Notes under the pieces: generated by a model | Told to the model about the DNA's origin: nothing | What the model saw: the letters and a program-made list of their open reading frames with translations, nothing else | Databases searched by the model: none | Shown: piece after piece, positions 37,871 to 47,858 of the stretch | How the letters are laid out: every line of letters starts with the position of its first letter | Position numbering within the stretch: the stretch's first letter is position 1 | Virus record (IMG/VR): IMGVR_UViG_3300003320_000853 | Length of the DNA: 64,000 bases | Direction: 5' to 3' (one strand) | Source of the DNA: a virus | Lineage: Duplodnaviria > Caudoviricetes | Translations under genes and position numbers: made by a program

Positions 37871-38079
37871 TGGCCGCCACGAAGCTGACCAAGCGTCAAG
37901 CCGAGACCCTCGACCTCCTCAAGAAAGCCGGGGGCGTGACGCTCACGGGTGCCACGGCTTCCTGCCTCTGGCGCAACTATCGCGCCCTCGTCGAGAAGGG
38001 CTGCGCCACCGAGACGGAGATCAAGCCGGGGATCAGCCGCTTCGAGCCGCGGGGCGGGAAAGGCGCCGACGAGGGGTGA
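37870..38079 (+). CDS. Small winged-helix-like protein
   Basis: KLTKRQAETLDLL...YRALVEKG. Confidence 0.55.
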   Translation: MAATKLTKRQAETLDLLKKAGGVTLTGATASCLWRNYRALVEKGCATETEIKPGISRFEPRGGKGADEG

Positions 38080-38083
38080 TGCC

Positions 38084-38392
38084 ATGCTGGATCCGCAGTG
38101 GCATGCAGAGCTCTGGTACCGGGGCGAACCGCTCGCTCCGGCCTTCATCCTGGAGTGCGAGCTTCAGGATCCGCAGGCTGCCGCATGTGCGATCTGCAAC
38201 TGGGCCTGGGGGCACTGGGAGAAGTACGCCGGGAACCCGGACTACCAGATCATCGTCCGCAACATGGACGCCGCCTTCCGAGCGGAGCGGATCGCCATGA
38301 TCCGCGCCAAGCAGGCTGAGCGCGAGCGGCACTGGAAAGAGAACCGCTGGACGAAGAACGGGAAGGCCAGGCTCTCGCTCGTCCGGGATTGA
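38084..38392 (+). CDS. Hypothetical protein
   Basis: Stop inside next class A box. Confidence 0.65.
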   Translation: MLDPQWHAELWYRGEPLAPAFILECELQDPQAAACAICNWAWGHWEKYAGNPDYQIIVRNMDAAFRAERIAMIRAKQAERERHWKENRWTKNGKARLSLVRD

Positions 38393-38423
38393 TCACGGGG
38401 GTCTCACGCTTGTAGAGACCCCC

Positions 38424-38954
38424 ATGACGACCGAGAAGAAGCCCCGCTTCAAGCCCGAGACCACCACCTTCCAGATGTCCCATGCTCGCGTGAAGGATGT
38501 CACCCTCACGCTCACCCACAACCGGAAGGGCTACATCATCCGCCAGAAGGAAGGCGCCTCGACCCACGAGTCCCTCCCCTTCGAGACCATCGAGCAGGCA
38601 CGTCGGGCGTGGCCCGAGTGGTTCATCCCGCTCGCCATCGAGGCCGCCAAGGCCGGCTTCCCCCTGGAGGCTGAGCGCGTCAAGACGGGCCGCAAGATCC
38701 CCTGCCCTGGGGCGGCCCATTCGAACCCCTTCATCGACCACTGCATGTGCTGCCTCGGCGGCACGTGGGGCGAGGTCGACGAGCTGGCGCCGATCGACCT
38801 CGACTTCGCCCGCACGGCCCGCCTGGACGTGCCGTGCCCCTCCCTCACCCGGGAGCAGTCGGCCGCCATGCACCAGCTCGAAAAAGACGGTGTGGTCGAG
38901 CTGGTCTCCCTCCGCAGCCGGAGCAGCTTCTACAGCGGCTACCGCTGGAAGTGA
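38424..38954 (+). CDS. Hypothetical protein (CPGAAHSNPFIDHCMCC motif)
   Basis: Class A promoter at 38389. Confidence 0.75.
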   Translation: MTTEKKPRFKPETTTFQMSHARVKDVTLTLTHNRKGYIIRQKEGASTHESLPFETIEQARRAWPEWFIPLAIEAAKAGFPLEAERVKTGRKIPCPGAAHSNPFIDHCMCCLGGTWGEVDELAPIDLDFARTARLDVPCPSLTREQSAAMHQLEKDGVVELVSLRSRSSFYSGYRWK

Positions 38955-38998
38955 GCGCCCCAGGTTGATCGTGGTGCCCCTCCGGCTGTAGGAGGGGC

Positions 38999-39211
38999 AT
39001 GAACAACACCATGCCCAAGATCATCCAGTTGAGCAACGAATCCGACGGGGAGTGCCCCTGCGGCTGCGGCGAGGACGCCTACATGTTCACCGTCGAGGGC
39101 GTCGAGAGCGGCTACGTGGATGCCGCGCCCAAGTGCGCCAGGACTTTCCTGGTCGATGCCGGGCTCCTCCCGGACGAGGACGAGTTGATCGACTACGACG
39201 TGACCCTGTAG
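38999..39211 (+). CDS. Hypothetical acidic protein
   Basis: Class A promoter at 38965. Confidence 0.7.
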   Translation: MNNTMPKIIQLSNESDGECPCGCGEDAYMFTVEGVESGYVDAAPKCARTFLVDAGLLPDEDELIDYDVTL

Positions 39212-39218
39212 AAGGCCC

Positions 39219-39464
39219 ATGAGCAACCTCAAGAACGCCGCCACTCTCCGGACCTGGCTCGATGCCTACACGCACGGCGCGCCTCGCACGTGGAGCGAGC
39301 TGATGAGCGCCCTCGTGGGCCCGAACTTCGACCGGGACGACCTCGAACTCACCTCCGAGGAGTGGGCCGCCGTGCGGTACTACCAGCCGCTCCTCAAGGA
39401 TCTCTGCACCGTCACCCACGCGAGCGACCCCCGCCACGACCTCTACTGCCCGAAGGATGCCTGA
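39219..39464 (+). CDS. Hypothetical protein
   Basis: Class A promoter at 39185 embedded in the upstream gene. Confidence 0.7.
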   Translation: MSNLKNAATLRTWLDAYTHGAPRTWSELMSALVGPNFDRDDLELTSEEWAAVRYYQPLLKDLCTVTHASDPRHDLYCPKDA

Positions 39465-39741
39465 CATGACGACCGAGAGGACCCTTCCCACGTACACGGA
39501 TGCCAAAGGCAAAGTCTGGACGCTCGAACCCTGGAACTCCCGCTCGGACATCCGGACATGGCGGACTCCCAAGGGTATCGGCACCCCGGGAGGCATCATC
39601 GTCAAGACGACGGAAGGCTTCGAGTGGGAGGCCCGCTTGCCGGATGAGACCGGCAGTTCATGGACCAAGGCCCCGACCCTCCAGGCAGCCCAGGCCGCCT
39701 GCGACGCGGAGATCGTGGCGAAGCTCTCCAATCTTCGTTGA
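39457..39741 (+). CDS. Hypothetical protein
   Basis: Stop inside next class A box. Confidence 0.65.
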   Translation: MPDMTTERTLPTYTDAKGKVWTLEPWNSRSDIRTWRTPKGIGTPGGIIVKTTEGFEWEARLPDETGSSWTKAPTLQAAQAACDAEIVAKLSNLR

Positions 39742-39771
39742 TCGCCAGCCGCTCGCCCCTGTAGAACCCCC

Positions 39772-40137
39772 ATGGCTACCAAGGTCACCTACACGGATCG
39801 CAGCGGCAAGAAGTGCTCCCTCACCCTCGGCTCGCGAGAGGCTGCCGAGAAGTACGCGAAGACCGTCAAGGGCGCCGTCCTCGAAGACGTCGCCACGGTC
39901 GCCCCCAACGTCACCGCCACCGTCTGTCCCGCCGGCACGGCCGAGGCCCAGAAGGCCGCCACCAACGCCTACTACGCGCCCATCAAGGCGGCCCGCCACG
40001 GCGTGGTCGTCTCCGAGGGCCTGAGCGCGGAGCAGCGGGCCGAGCTGGAGATGGAGCACTTCTCTCAGGCGAGGCTCGCCGGCCAGTCGATGGAAGACGC
40101 CATTGCCGACTGGAATTACAGCCAGGGTCGGGGATGA
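39772..40137 (+). CDS. Hypothetical protein
   Basis: Class A promoter at 39738. Confidence 0.75.
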   Translation: MATKVTYTDRSGKKCSLTLGSREAAEKYAKTVKGAVLEDVATVAPNVTATVCPAGTAEAQKAATNAYYAPIKAARHGVVVSEGLSAEQRAELEMEHFSQARLAGQSMEDAIADWNYSQGRG

Positions 40138-40385
40138 GCTCTCCGAAGCTCAAGCGGACCATCTCGCCCGCAGCAGAGACCGAGCGCGAGATGGTCCGGA
40201 GAGACGGGGGCCAGTTCGGCTATAACCTCGATGCCATGTGCGTTTGCGGGCATACGAAGGGCGAGCATGTCTTCCCCTCGGGTCGCCAGTGCTTAGCCGA
40301 GATTGAGGGCAGCGATGACGGCTGCCCCTGCCCAGGGTTCAGAAAGAGTCGAAAGAAAGCTCCGAAGAGCCGTCCCCCAAGTTGA
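40134..40385 (+). CDS. Small Zn-binding protein
   Basis: CVCGHTKGEH...C...CPCPGF. Confidence 0.7.
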   Translation: MSSPKLKRTISPAAETEREMVRRDGGQFGYNLDAMCVCGHTKGEHVFPSGRQCLAEIEGSDDGCPCPGFRKSRKKAPKSRPPS

Positions 40386-40415
40386 TCGCCGTGCTCGACG
40401 TCCTGTAGGAGAGGC

Positions 40416-40655
40416 ATGACGACTTCGACCGGCCCCGACGACATCATCCGCTCTCTCGCCACCGATCTCGCGGACATCTTCCGCGGGAACGAAGCAACAA
40501 CGGCGCTCGACATCAAGGCCTTGGAGAACCGCGGTTACGGGTTCTTCCGCATGCAGCTCCACGCGGCCCTCGTGACGGCTCGTATCTACCGCGAGCCGAC
40601 CTTCGCGGAGGTCGAGGAGCTGATGGGTTGGACCAAGATCGGCCTCCGTGACTGA
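40416..40655 (+). CDS. Hypothetical protein
   Basis: Class A promoter at 40382. Confidence 0.7.
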   Translation: MTTSTGPDDIIRSLATDLADIFRGNEATTALDIKALENRGYGFFRMQLHAALVTARIYREPTFAEVEELMGWTKIGLRD

Positions 40656-40687
40656 TTAACCCCCAATCTCACCCTGTTGAGCAAACC

Positions 40688-40978
40688 ATGAGCCTTTCCC
40701 TCGCCATGCAGTTCCTCACGGCCCGCACCAAACACCGTGCCGTGAGCTTCCTCAAGCGGGTCGACTACAGTTGGCCCAGCTCCGCGGATCCTATCGTCTT
40801 CGCCGACGGATCCCAGGTCTACCTGTCCGGGATGGACCGGCACCTCACCGACAAGGAGGTCACGAAGGCCGTCGCCCGCTACTGCCGGCACGAGGGCCAC
40901 TACGCGTCCTTCGTCCGCACCAACACCCTGGCGATGTCCTGTGCCCTCCGTGAGTGGCGCCTCGACTATCAGGGTTGA
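40688..40978 (+). CDS. Hypothetical protein
   Basis: Stop inside next class A box. Confidence 0.65.
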   Translation: MSLSLAMQFLTARTKHRAVSFLKRVDYSWPSSADPIVFADGSQVYLSGMDRHLTDKEVTKAVARYCRHEGHYASFVRTNTLAMSCALREWRLDYQG

Positions 40979-41008
40979 TCGGCGAGCGGGTTCCCTTGTA
41001 GGAGCGGC

Positions 41009-41284
41009 ATGAACACCACCTTCAATCCCATCGTCCCGCTCTTCAAGCGGAGCTACGAGAATCCGGCCCTCGACAACATCCTCCTCCGGAGCGCAACGAC
41101 CCTCGGCGAGCGCTTCCTCGCTTACGGCTCGAACCGGGCGGCCGTAGCCGTCGCCCTGAACACGATCCGCAACGCTTCCCCCGGAGGCCGCTTCCACGGC
41201 AAGCCCGGCGCCGCCGAGATGGCCGAGTCCGCCAAGGTGTGGCTGCTGAGCCACGGGCTCAACGAGCAGGGCAAGGCGAACTGA
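41009..41284 (+). CDS. Hypothetical protein
   Basis: Class A promoter at 40975. Confidence 0.7.
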   Translation: MNTTFNPIVPLFKRSYENPALDNILLRSATTLGERFLAYGSNRAAVAVALNTIRNASPGGRFHGKPGAAEMAESAKVWLLSHGLNEQGKAN

Positions 41285-41286
41285 TC

Positions 41287-41505
41287 ATGGCGAAGAAACT
41301 CTACAGAGTCGCTCGCGACGAGGGCCGCCAGATCGGCCTCGATCTATTGACCGTCAACCGGGCGGGGATGTTCTTCACTCACCCGAGCTTCAAGAAACCG
41401 GGGGAGTTCATCTTTCACGGGGACAAGGCCATGTGCCGCGCCCTCGTGGACGCCATTCCCAACTGCTTCATCGTCGACACGAACGGCAAGAGGGTCGAGA
41501 AATGA
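41287..41505 (+). CDS. Hypothetical protein
   Basis: Operonic. Confidence 0.65.
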   Translation: MAKKLYRVARDEGRQIGLDLLTVNRAGMFFTHPSFKKPGEFIFHGDKAMCRALVDAIPNCFIVDTNGKRVEK

Positions 41506-41873
41506 GCACGCACGCATTCATCGGCTTGGAGAAGCGGGACGGATCGGTCTCCTTCATCTACGTCCACTACGACGGATTCCCAAGGAACATGGCGCCCATG
41601 CTCACCCAGAACTGGGCCGAGCTGGCACGGGTCAAGAAGCTGCTCTCCAAGGGCGACCTCCTGGGCGTCAAGGCGACCCTCCGCCAGTGCCATCGGATCG
41701 GCACTCCGCCCTTCAAGGACAAGCCCCAGCATGCGGACACAGTCGAAGACTTCACCACCATCGCCAGGGGTCTGGGAGGCAGCTACGCCTACCTCTTCCG
41801 CGCCTCCGGCTGGGAGATGTTCGACGCCGACACCAAGATGTGGGTGCCCGCATCTGCACGTTTGCAGGGATAG
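41502..41873 (+). CDS. Conserved phage protein (IYxHxDG(Y/F)P family)
   Basis: MSTHAFIG...IYVHYDGFP...YAYLF...W. Confidence 0.75.
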   Translation: MSTHAFIGLEKRDGSVSFIYVHYDGFPRNMAPMLTQNWAELARVKKLLSKGDLLGVKATLRQCHRIGTPPFKDKPQHADTVEDFTTIARGLGGSYAYLFRASGWEMFDADTKMWVPASARLQG

Positions 41874-41905
41874 GCGGAAGAGGAGTACGCGCATTCTGGG
41901 GGATC

Positions 41906-42259
41906 ATGCTGACCGTCGACGAAATACACGCTCTGCGCGACCGCCTGTGGACTCGCTTCAAGGTCGGGCAGGACAGAGACGAAGACCTCTACGTCTTCCA
42001 GCACGGAAGGTTTGTCACAATCGGTTTCCATGGGATCTATCGGATGCCCACGGCCCGGGCGGCCAAGGTCGCGGGCGAGCTCATCGCGAGGTTTGCCATG
42101 GGGTACTGTCCAAGGCTCCACTTCTGCCGTGACGAGATCCACTCCAAAGGCGGGGATGTCCTCCTGGAGTTCACCGTCGATCCGACCCCAGAACCGAGAC
42201 GGAACGAAGGCTTGCTCGGAAGCCCGCCCGATCTCACCGACGACGATCGCCTCTGCTAG
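41906..42259 (+). CDS. Hypothetical protein
   Basis: Co-oriented ORF with G-rich ribosome-binding site. Confidence 0.6.
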   Translation: MLTVDEIHALRDRLWTRFKVGQDRDEDLYVFQHGRFVTIGFHGIYRMPTARAAKVAGELIARFAMGYCPRLHFCRDEIHSKGGDVLLEFTVDPTPEPRRNEGLLGSPPDLTDDDRLC

Positions 42260-42307
42260 TCCCCCAGAACTGGTGTATGAGGGCCATTACCAGAGAAAGG
42301 ACCCTCA

Positions 42308-42903
42308 TGATCGGCACGACCACAAGCGGGGCGCCTCTCCAGACGCGCCCCTTCTCCAGCAAGCCCACCCTGATCCCCCAGCTCGGCGACGACGGCCGTT
42401 GGAACGGCAAGATCGTCAAGGTCGAGATGGTGCTGCTCCGCAGCCTCGAAGGCGGCGCACGCCAGCACCTCTGGCTCATCCCCGACCCCCGGCCCCACAA
42501 CCATCCGTGGAAGTGGATCGACTGCAAGGTGCTCCGCGGCAGCTACATGGCCATGGAGTACATCCCGGACGGGAAGGGCGGCTTCAACGAGCGGGGCATC
42601 GTCCTCGACGCGGGCGACCCCGAGCACCGCCTCCTCCACGACGAGCATCACCAGATCGTCCAGGTCGTCCCCGGCACCATCTCGGTCATGAGCTTCGGCC
42701 CCGTCGTCGGCGACGGCAAGCAGTGGGGCCACCTCGTGAAAAACGGAGACGCCTACACCTACGAGCCCACGAAGCCCATGAGCGGCTTCGTGGACGCTCT
42801 CTGGCACTGCAACCCGCACCTCCGCAAGGAGGGATGGGTCGACCCCTACGCCGAGCAGCCGGTGCCCGATCTCGACGCCCTCATGGCGAGCGTCGGCGTC
42901 TGA
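42308..42903 (+). CDS. Cupin-like protein
   Basis: HLW...PHNHPW...VLRGSY...HHQI pattern of metal-binding cupins. Confidence 0.6.
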
Positions 42904-42947
42904 GCCGTCCCTGTTGATCGGCTGCGGGCCCTTCCTGTAGAACCCGC

Positions 42948-43181
42948 ATGCACTGCAAGATCCAGTGGATCGACTGTTCCGGCAACCCCACGCCCGACAC
43001 GAACGAGGCCGTTGGCTTCGCCGTCTTCAAGGACGGCCGCCGCTTCCCCATCTGCGCGTCCCACCTGGAGACCCTTCGGGATCGCCGCTGCCACCATGAG
43101 CCCGAGAAGGGCTGCTCCCACCGCAGCTCCGATCCCCACGCCTCCTGGCACTTCGAGCCCCTCCCCGTCGAGACCACGTGA
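42948..43181 (+). CDS. Cys/His-rich hypothetical protein
   Basis: Class A promoter at 42914. Confidence 0.7.
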   Translation: MHCKIQWIDCSGNPTPDTNEAVGFAVFKDGRRFPICASHLETLRDRRCHHEPEKGCSHRSSDPHASWHFEPLPVETT

Positions 43182-43447
43182 ACCGCACCAAGATCACGCA
43201 CGTCGCCATCCGATTCCAGGGGGTCGTCTACTCCCTGCCACCGCCCAACCGGCACCACCACGTCATCCGCCTCATCGTCGAGCAGACGGGCGTGGACAGC
43301 GTGGACAACGACGAGCAGGGCTTCCTCGACGAATCCGGACGCTTCCTCAGCCGCCGCCAAGCGCTGGTGTCGGCCCGCCTCTTCGGCCAGATCAAGGACG
43401 AGAGTCAAATCCGCGCCGGTCGCCTCTTCTCCGAAGACCTCTGGTAG
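43178..43447 (+). CDS. Conserved phage protein (RH...QGF...FxxRxxA...L(F/Y)SEDLW family)
   Basis: RHHHVI, EQGFLDESGRFLSRRQA, LFSEDLW. Confidence 0.75.
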   Translation: MNRTKITHVAIRFQGVVYSLPPPNRHHHVIRLIVEQTGVDSVDNDEQGFLDESGRFLSRRQALVSARLFGQIKDESQIRAGRLFSEDLW

Positions 43448-43488
43448 CACAAGGTTGATCGCAGCCTGCCGCGGGTTGTAAGAACGGC

Positions 43489-43977
43489 ATGAAGATCGAG
43501 ATCCGTAACCTCAAGTTCTCGGCGTTCGCGTCTCAGGATTCGAACTGCTTCCAGGGCACCATCTACATCGACGGAAAGAAGGAAGGGGATGTCCGGAACG
43601 ACGGGCATGGGGGATCCCCCATCTTCAACCCCCCTTCGCTCACGAGGAAGCTGGCCGAGCACGCCGCAACCCTCCCACACATCTGTGTGCTCGATCGCCT
43701 GATCCCGGTGACGGCCTCCTACCTCATCGAGGACATGGTCGAGAAGATGCTCCGGGAGCGCGACCTCAAGAAGCGGCTCACGAAGCACGTCATGTTTACG
43801 ATCGCCGGGAAGGCCGGCGTCTTCCAGTTGCGCGCCATGAAGGCCGACGTGCTCCGGACGACCCTGGAGAACAAGGCGCTCCTCGCCAAGCTCGGTGCCG
43901 ACAAGATCCTGAACCTCTTGCCTCTCGAAGAGGCCCTGGTCGTGTTCAAGGCGGCCAACGTGTCCAGCGCGGTGTAA
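43489..43977 (+). CDS. Conserved phage protein (NDGHGG motif)
   Basis: Class A promoter at 43455; SQDSNCFQG...VRNDGHGG. Confidence 0.75.
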   Translation: MKIEIRNLKFSAFASQDSNCFQGTIYIDGKKEGDVRNDGHGGSPIFNPPSLTRKLAEHAATLPHICVLDRLIPVTASYLIEDMVEKMLRERDLKKRLTKHVMFTIAGKAGVFQLRAMKADVLRTTLENKALLAKLGADKILNLLPLEEALVVFKAANVSSAV

Positions 43978-43987
43978 GGATCACACC

Positions 43988-44539
43988 ATGGGTGGCGAAG
44001 TTTTCGTGGGGGTCAAGGACATGGAAGGCCGGGAACACCTGAGCCTTCGGTGGACGAACGGCATGCCAAGCTGGCTCGGGTCGGCCGACTTCTACCTCTC
44101 TCCTGGCACGCTCCTCGACTTCCTCAGCGGAGCCAAGCCCGACAACAAGTGGCCCAAAGCCGTCCTCGTGGATCACATCGAGCCGAGCGAGTACGGGGTC
44201 ATCTTCGTCGACTTTCCGACGAAGAGCATCCTGTCACGCCAGGACTACCATCACCCGTGGGAGGTCAACGGGCGGTGCCTCCAGCCCAGGGAGATCCAGG
44301 AACTCTGGCACTCCGGGTGGATCATCGGCGCCCACGACTGCGACGACAAGCCCGTCATGCTCGACGAGAACGAGCTTCGGGCTGGCCGTGTGCCCCGTCG
44401 CTCATGGCTCAACATCCAGCCCAAGGGTTGGACGCTCGATTACGAGATCGAGCGCGCCCATCACCGCTGGCCCGAGGTCACCGCCTGGCTCAAGGATCAC
44501 GGGTGGACGTCACCCATTCGCCCTGGAGAACCCTCATGA
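43988..44539 (+). CDS. Hypothetical protein
   Basis: Class B motif at 43971. Confidence 0.75.
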   Translation: MGGEVFVGVKDMEGREHLSLRWTNGMPSWLGSADFYLSPGTLLDFLSGAKPDNKWPKAVLVDHIEPSEYGVIFVDFPTKSILSRQDYHHPWEVNGRCLQPREIQELWHSGWIIGAHDCDDKPVMLDENELRAGRVPRRSWLNIQPKGWTLDYEIERAHHRWPEVTAWLKDHGWTSPIRPGEPS

Positions 44540-44973
44540 TCCCCATGAACCATCTGCCTCCCCGCTGCGTCATCGAAACCCGCATCCGCGAGATCGACGA
44601 GGAACTCGGGCGTCAGGATGTGGTGCCCCTCGCCCCGAGCTACATCGCCGAGCTGAACGAGCGGCGGGCCCGCTTCCAGGAGAAGCTCGACGTCGTCATC
44701 GCCTACTACAGGGACAACCCCGGGACGCCTGCCTTCATGGCGACGCTCTCCGCCACGACGGGCCGCTTCGAGGTTCGCGCTGTCTCCCGCATCCGCCTGT
44801 TCCCGGATGGAACGGTGCTCGTCCGCTTTGCAGAGTCCGGCTTGGAGCTCGCCGCCCGGCCCGAGGACGTCTTCGAGACCGAAGCCGGAGCGCAAGCCCA
44901 CGCCCCCGTCCTCGAACGGGAGCTGAACGCGTACCTCGCCTCCGTCGACACAGATGCCGCGGGCCACTCGTGA
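44536..44973 (+). CDS. Hypothetical protein
   Basis: ATGA overlap. Confidence 0.7.
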   Translation: MIPMNHLPPRCVIETRIREIDEELGRQDVVPLAPSYIAELNERRARFQEKLDVVIAYYRDNPGTPAFMATLSATTGRFEVRAVSRIRLFPDGTVLVRFAESGLELAARPEDVFETEAGAQAHAPVLERELNAYLASVDTDAAGHS

Positions 44974-45045
44974 AGCGTCAGGCCCACGCCTGGTTCGTTA
45001 GGCAGCGCCTCCTGACCTTCTTCCAGGAGCACAGGGAAAGGGTGC

Positions 45046-45273
45046 TCAGAGGAGAAAGTCCTCCAGGGGGCTGGTGAGGTCCGACTCTCCGAGAAGTTCC
45101 ACAAGCGCCTTCCGAGCCCGGACGATCCCCTCCCTGTGCTCCTGGATCTTCTCCCGCAGGTAGGCCGCCTCTTCCTCGATGTGCCAGACGCACCGCTGGG
45201 CCCTCACGACAGGCTTTCCACAGGCGGTCATGTCCCCGTTGTCCCACACCCGGGCCTCACATAGATCGCTCAT
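45046..45273 (-). CDS. Hypothetical protein
   Basis: MSDLCEARVW; class B 17 nt upstream. Confidence 0.6.
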   Translation of the reverse strand: MSDLCEARVWDNGDMTACGKPVVRAQRCVWHIEEEAAYLREKIQEHREGIVRARKALVELLGESDLTSPLEDFLL

Positions 45274-45302
45274 GTTCCAGGCTCTACACCGATAAATTGA
45301 CC

Positions 45303-45776
45303 ATGAAGAACCGTCCCGAATCCTCCGGCTGCATCGTGACCACGCCGGGAGCTGCCAGGCTCCAGTCCCTTCTGGGGAGCGCCCCACGCCAGGGCTCCGT
45401 GGCACCCACCCACGATGAGTACCGCGCTCTCCAGCGGCTCTACGGCTACGTCCCCGAGAAGTCTCATCCCCGCCCGCCCGAGCCGTCGCATCCGGGTCCG
45501 GATGCGACGTGGGACGAGAAGGAGAAGTACAAGCGCGCCAAGGCCACGTGGGACGCCTGGTCCGACCCCAAGGGGTTCCTCCAGGCCGGAGCCGACGTCA
45601 ACCTCTACCGGCACGCGGAAGTCGACGGCCTCCGCCTCGTGGCATGGATCGCCCGCTTCATCGCGCCCGGGGCAGATCCGCTCAAGGCTCTCATCCTCCT
45701 CGCGTCCGAGGCTGGCTGGAACGTCGACCTTGAGGACATCGAGTACGCCCAGGAAGAGGAAGAGCCCGCAGGTTGA
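45303..45776 (+). CDS. Hypothetical protein
   Basis: Stop inside next class A box. Confidence 0.65.
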   Translation: MKNRPESSGCIVTTPGAARLQSLLGSAPRQGSVAPTHDEYRALQRLYGYVPEKSHPRPPEPSHPGPDATWDEKEKYKRAKATWDAWSDPKGFLQAGADVNLYRHAEVDGLRLVAWIARFIAPGADPLKALILLASEAGWNVDLEDIEYAQEEEEPAG

Positions 45777-45806
45777 TCACCGAGCCCTCCCGTCTGTAGG
45801 AGGAGC

Positions 45807-46124
45807 ATGAGCACCGAGATCGCCAACGAGATCGCCCGCCAACTCGGCGGAACCCGCCGCCTCGCCGCCATGACCGGCGCCAGCAAGTTCACCGCGGATG
45901 GCCCGGCCCTCGTGTTCGCCCTCCCCAGCGGCAAGGCCAAGGACGGCATCAACAACGTCCGGATCACCCTCGACCAGGGGACCGACACCTACACCGTGCG
46001 CTTCATCCGCATCGGACGCGCCCCGAGCTTCAAGGTCACCCCCGTCCAGGAGACCTCCCTCGTCTACGCCGACCAGCTCAAGACGCTCTTCGAGCAGACC
46101 ACGGGCCTCTACCTCTCCCTGTGA
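45807..46124 (+). CDS. Conserved phage protein (QLGG...MTGA...DTY...VYADQL...TGL family)
   Basis: Class A promoter at 45773; family motifs. Confidence 0.8.
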   Translation: MSTEIANEIARQLGGTRRLAAMTGASKFTADGPALVFALPSGKAKDGINNVRITLDQGTDTYTVRFIRIGRAPSFKVTPVQETSLVYADQLKTLFEQTTGLYLSL

Positions 46125-46127
46125 GCC

Positions 46128-46673
46128 CTAGCCCGGCGTCTCCACATGACCGGCCCGACGCTTCCACTCGGAGAGCTCTGCCTCGGGAAGACCCATCACC
46201 CGCCACACATCGGTCAGCCTCGCCCACGCCGTGTAGCGGGCTCCCCCAAGCGTCGGCGCCACCGCGTTGAGCCGCAACCCGCCCACCAAAGCGCGGAACG
46301 CCTCCAGCCCGTGCCCCGTGTGATCCCCCGCCCGGAAGAGATCGACCAGCCGGTCCTGCATCCCACGAAGCTCATCCTGAAGCTCCAACGCACGCTCCTG
46401 CTCCGGCCCATGCTCCGAAGACGTCACGTCGAGCGCCTCCTGCATCAACGCCCTCAAGAACGGCTCCCGGGCCAGCACGAGGAGAAGACGCCGAAGAGAC
46501 ACGCTCCCCGCATCCTCGCCCAAGCTTGAGCCCACCGTAAGCGTGATCTCCCCGTTCTCCCTGACCTCCACCGACGAAGGCTGCTCCTCGGGCAACGGGC
46601 CCACGGGCGTCTCAACCCAGCCCATCCTCGGAGCCAGATCCAACGGGACTGGAATGTTGAACGCGCGTGCCAT
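46128..46673 (-). CDS. Hypothetical protein
   Basis: Class B 16 nt upstream. Confidence 0.7.
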   Translation of the reverse strand: MARAFNIPVPLDLAPRMGWVETPVGPLPEEQPSSVEVRENGEITLTVGSSLGEDAGSVSLRRLLLVLAREPFLRALMQEALDVTSSEHGPEQERALELQDELRGMQDRLVDLFRAGDHTGHGLEAFRALVGGLRLNAVAPTLGGARYTAWARLTDVWRVMGLPEAELSEWKRRAGHVETPG

Positions 46674-46700
46674 GCCTCAACCCTACACCTCGGCCCGTAT

Positions 46701-47036
46701 TCACGTCCACCGATGAAGCCCGAGCGGAACACATGCCGTCCCCTCGACGAGCCGCGCCTGGAACCCGTCCGGCAAGAGCGCCATGTGCCCAGGCACGACC
46801 AGCTCCGACGAGAAGACCATCGCCCCGAAGAAGAAGCCCACGAGAGGCGCCCCCACCGTCTCCAGATGAGCGTCCCTGACCCGCGTGTCGCTCACCGGGT
46901 CGAAATGCTCGCGGTCGCCCATCAAGACTTCGACCTCCCCCGGGTGCAACCACACTTGGCCCACCCGGAGCCCGGCGGTCTCCATCCACCCAAACCACTC
47001 CACCAGGCTCTTCCGGAGCCCTTCGACCTTCGTCAT
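46701..47036 (-). CDS. Hypothetical protein
   Basis: Class B 16 nt upstream. Confidence 0.7.
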   Translation of the reverse strand: MTKVEGLRKSLVEWFGWMETAGLRVGQVWLHPGEVEVLMGDREHFDPVSDTRVRDAHLETVGAPLVGFFFGAMVFSSELVVPGHMALLPDGFQARLVEGTACVPLGLHRWT

Positions 47037-47062
47037 GCCCCGGCCCTACACCGAAGCCCAGG

Positions 47063-47096
47063 TTGATCGCCAGCACCCCAGCCCTGTAGGAGAGGC
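47063..47096 (+). promoter_or_regulatory. Class A promoter-like motif (representative copy)
   Basis: TTGATC-gccagcaccccagccc-TGTAGG-agaggc-ATG. Confidence 0.85.
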
Positions 47097-47363
47097 ATGG
47101 GACGCTCAACGACTCCGACCTTCCGCTGTGAGATGAACATCAGCCGGGGCTCCATGACCCCCCTGGCCTGGGACACCAAGCACGCCGGCCGCCCCAGCGA
47201 CGCCACCCTCAAGGCTTTCGTCGAGCACTTCGAGGCGTCCACCCGCCAGGGCGGCGTCAACGCTCACCTCGGCCCCACCGTCGTCTGGTCGGCCAAAGTC
47301 ATCCGCCAGAGCACGGGCGATACCGTCGCCTCCTACCAGGGCCCGCTCTTCGCCGTCGTCTGA
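47097..47363 (+). CDS. Hypothetical protein
   Basis: Class A promoter at 47063. Confidence 0.75.
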   Translation: MGRSTTPTFRCEMNISRGSMTPLAWDTKHAGRPSDATLKAFVEHFEASTRQGGVNAHLGPTVVWSAKVIRQSTGDTVASYQGPLFAVV

Positions 47364-47372
47364 GGCACAGCC

Positions 47373-47612
47373 ATGCCCCGCTACAGCCAGACGTTCGAGC
47401 GCGTCAACTTCGGCACCCGGCCCGTCCAGGTCGAAGCCGTCACCATCGAGTTCGAGACGGACGTGCCCTTCGAGGATGACGCCTTCGAGGATGACGCCTT
47501 CGAGAAGGCCCTCTGGAACGCCCTCTGGGACCAGAGCGGCTGGCGTGACCGCCCCTGGCCCGAAGGCTTCTCGTCAGCCCTGACCAAGGGCCCCTGCCGC
47601 AAGCTCCCCTGA
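47373..47612 (+). CDS. Hypothetical protein with 15-bp internal duplication (FEDDAFEDDAFE)
   Basis: Co-oriented ORF. Confidence 0.6.
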   Translation: MPRYSQTFERVNFGTRPVQVEAVTIEFETDVPFEDDAFEDDAFEKALWNALWDQSGWRDRPWPEGFSSALTKGPCRKLP

Positions 47613-47631
47613 GCGTCACCGGCCCAGGCGC

Positions 47632-47676
47632 ATCCCAGACCTCTCCCGAGCCCTATCCCAGACCTCTCCCGAGCCC
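47632..47676 (+). repeat. Tandem direct repeat, 22 bp x2
   Basis: ATCCCAGACCTCTCCCGAGCCC at 47632 and 47655. Confidence 0.85.
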
Positions 47677-47858
47677 CCGGAGCCCCGGTCTCGACCCCCG
47701 GAGGGTCAAGCACTCGCTCGGGTCCGATGACGCTCGTCCATTCTCTACGGAAATGCCGCTGTAAGTCTACGCGACCCCTGGATCCCTCGGCCCATGTTGG
47801 CACGAGTTTTTCCGATCCCGAGGGTTGATCCCGATCCTCCCGGCCCTGTACTTGGGGC

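Noticed and set aside
47467-47504. 15-bp tandem duplication
   Set aside because: In-frame slippage duplication (FEDDA x2) with no sign of wider significance
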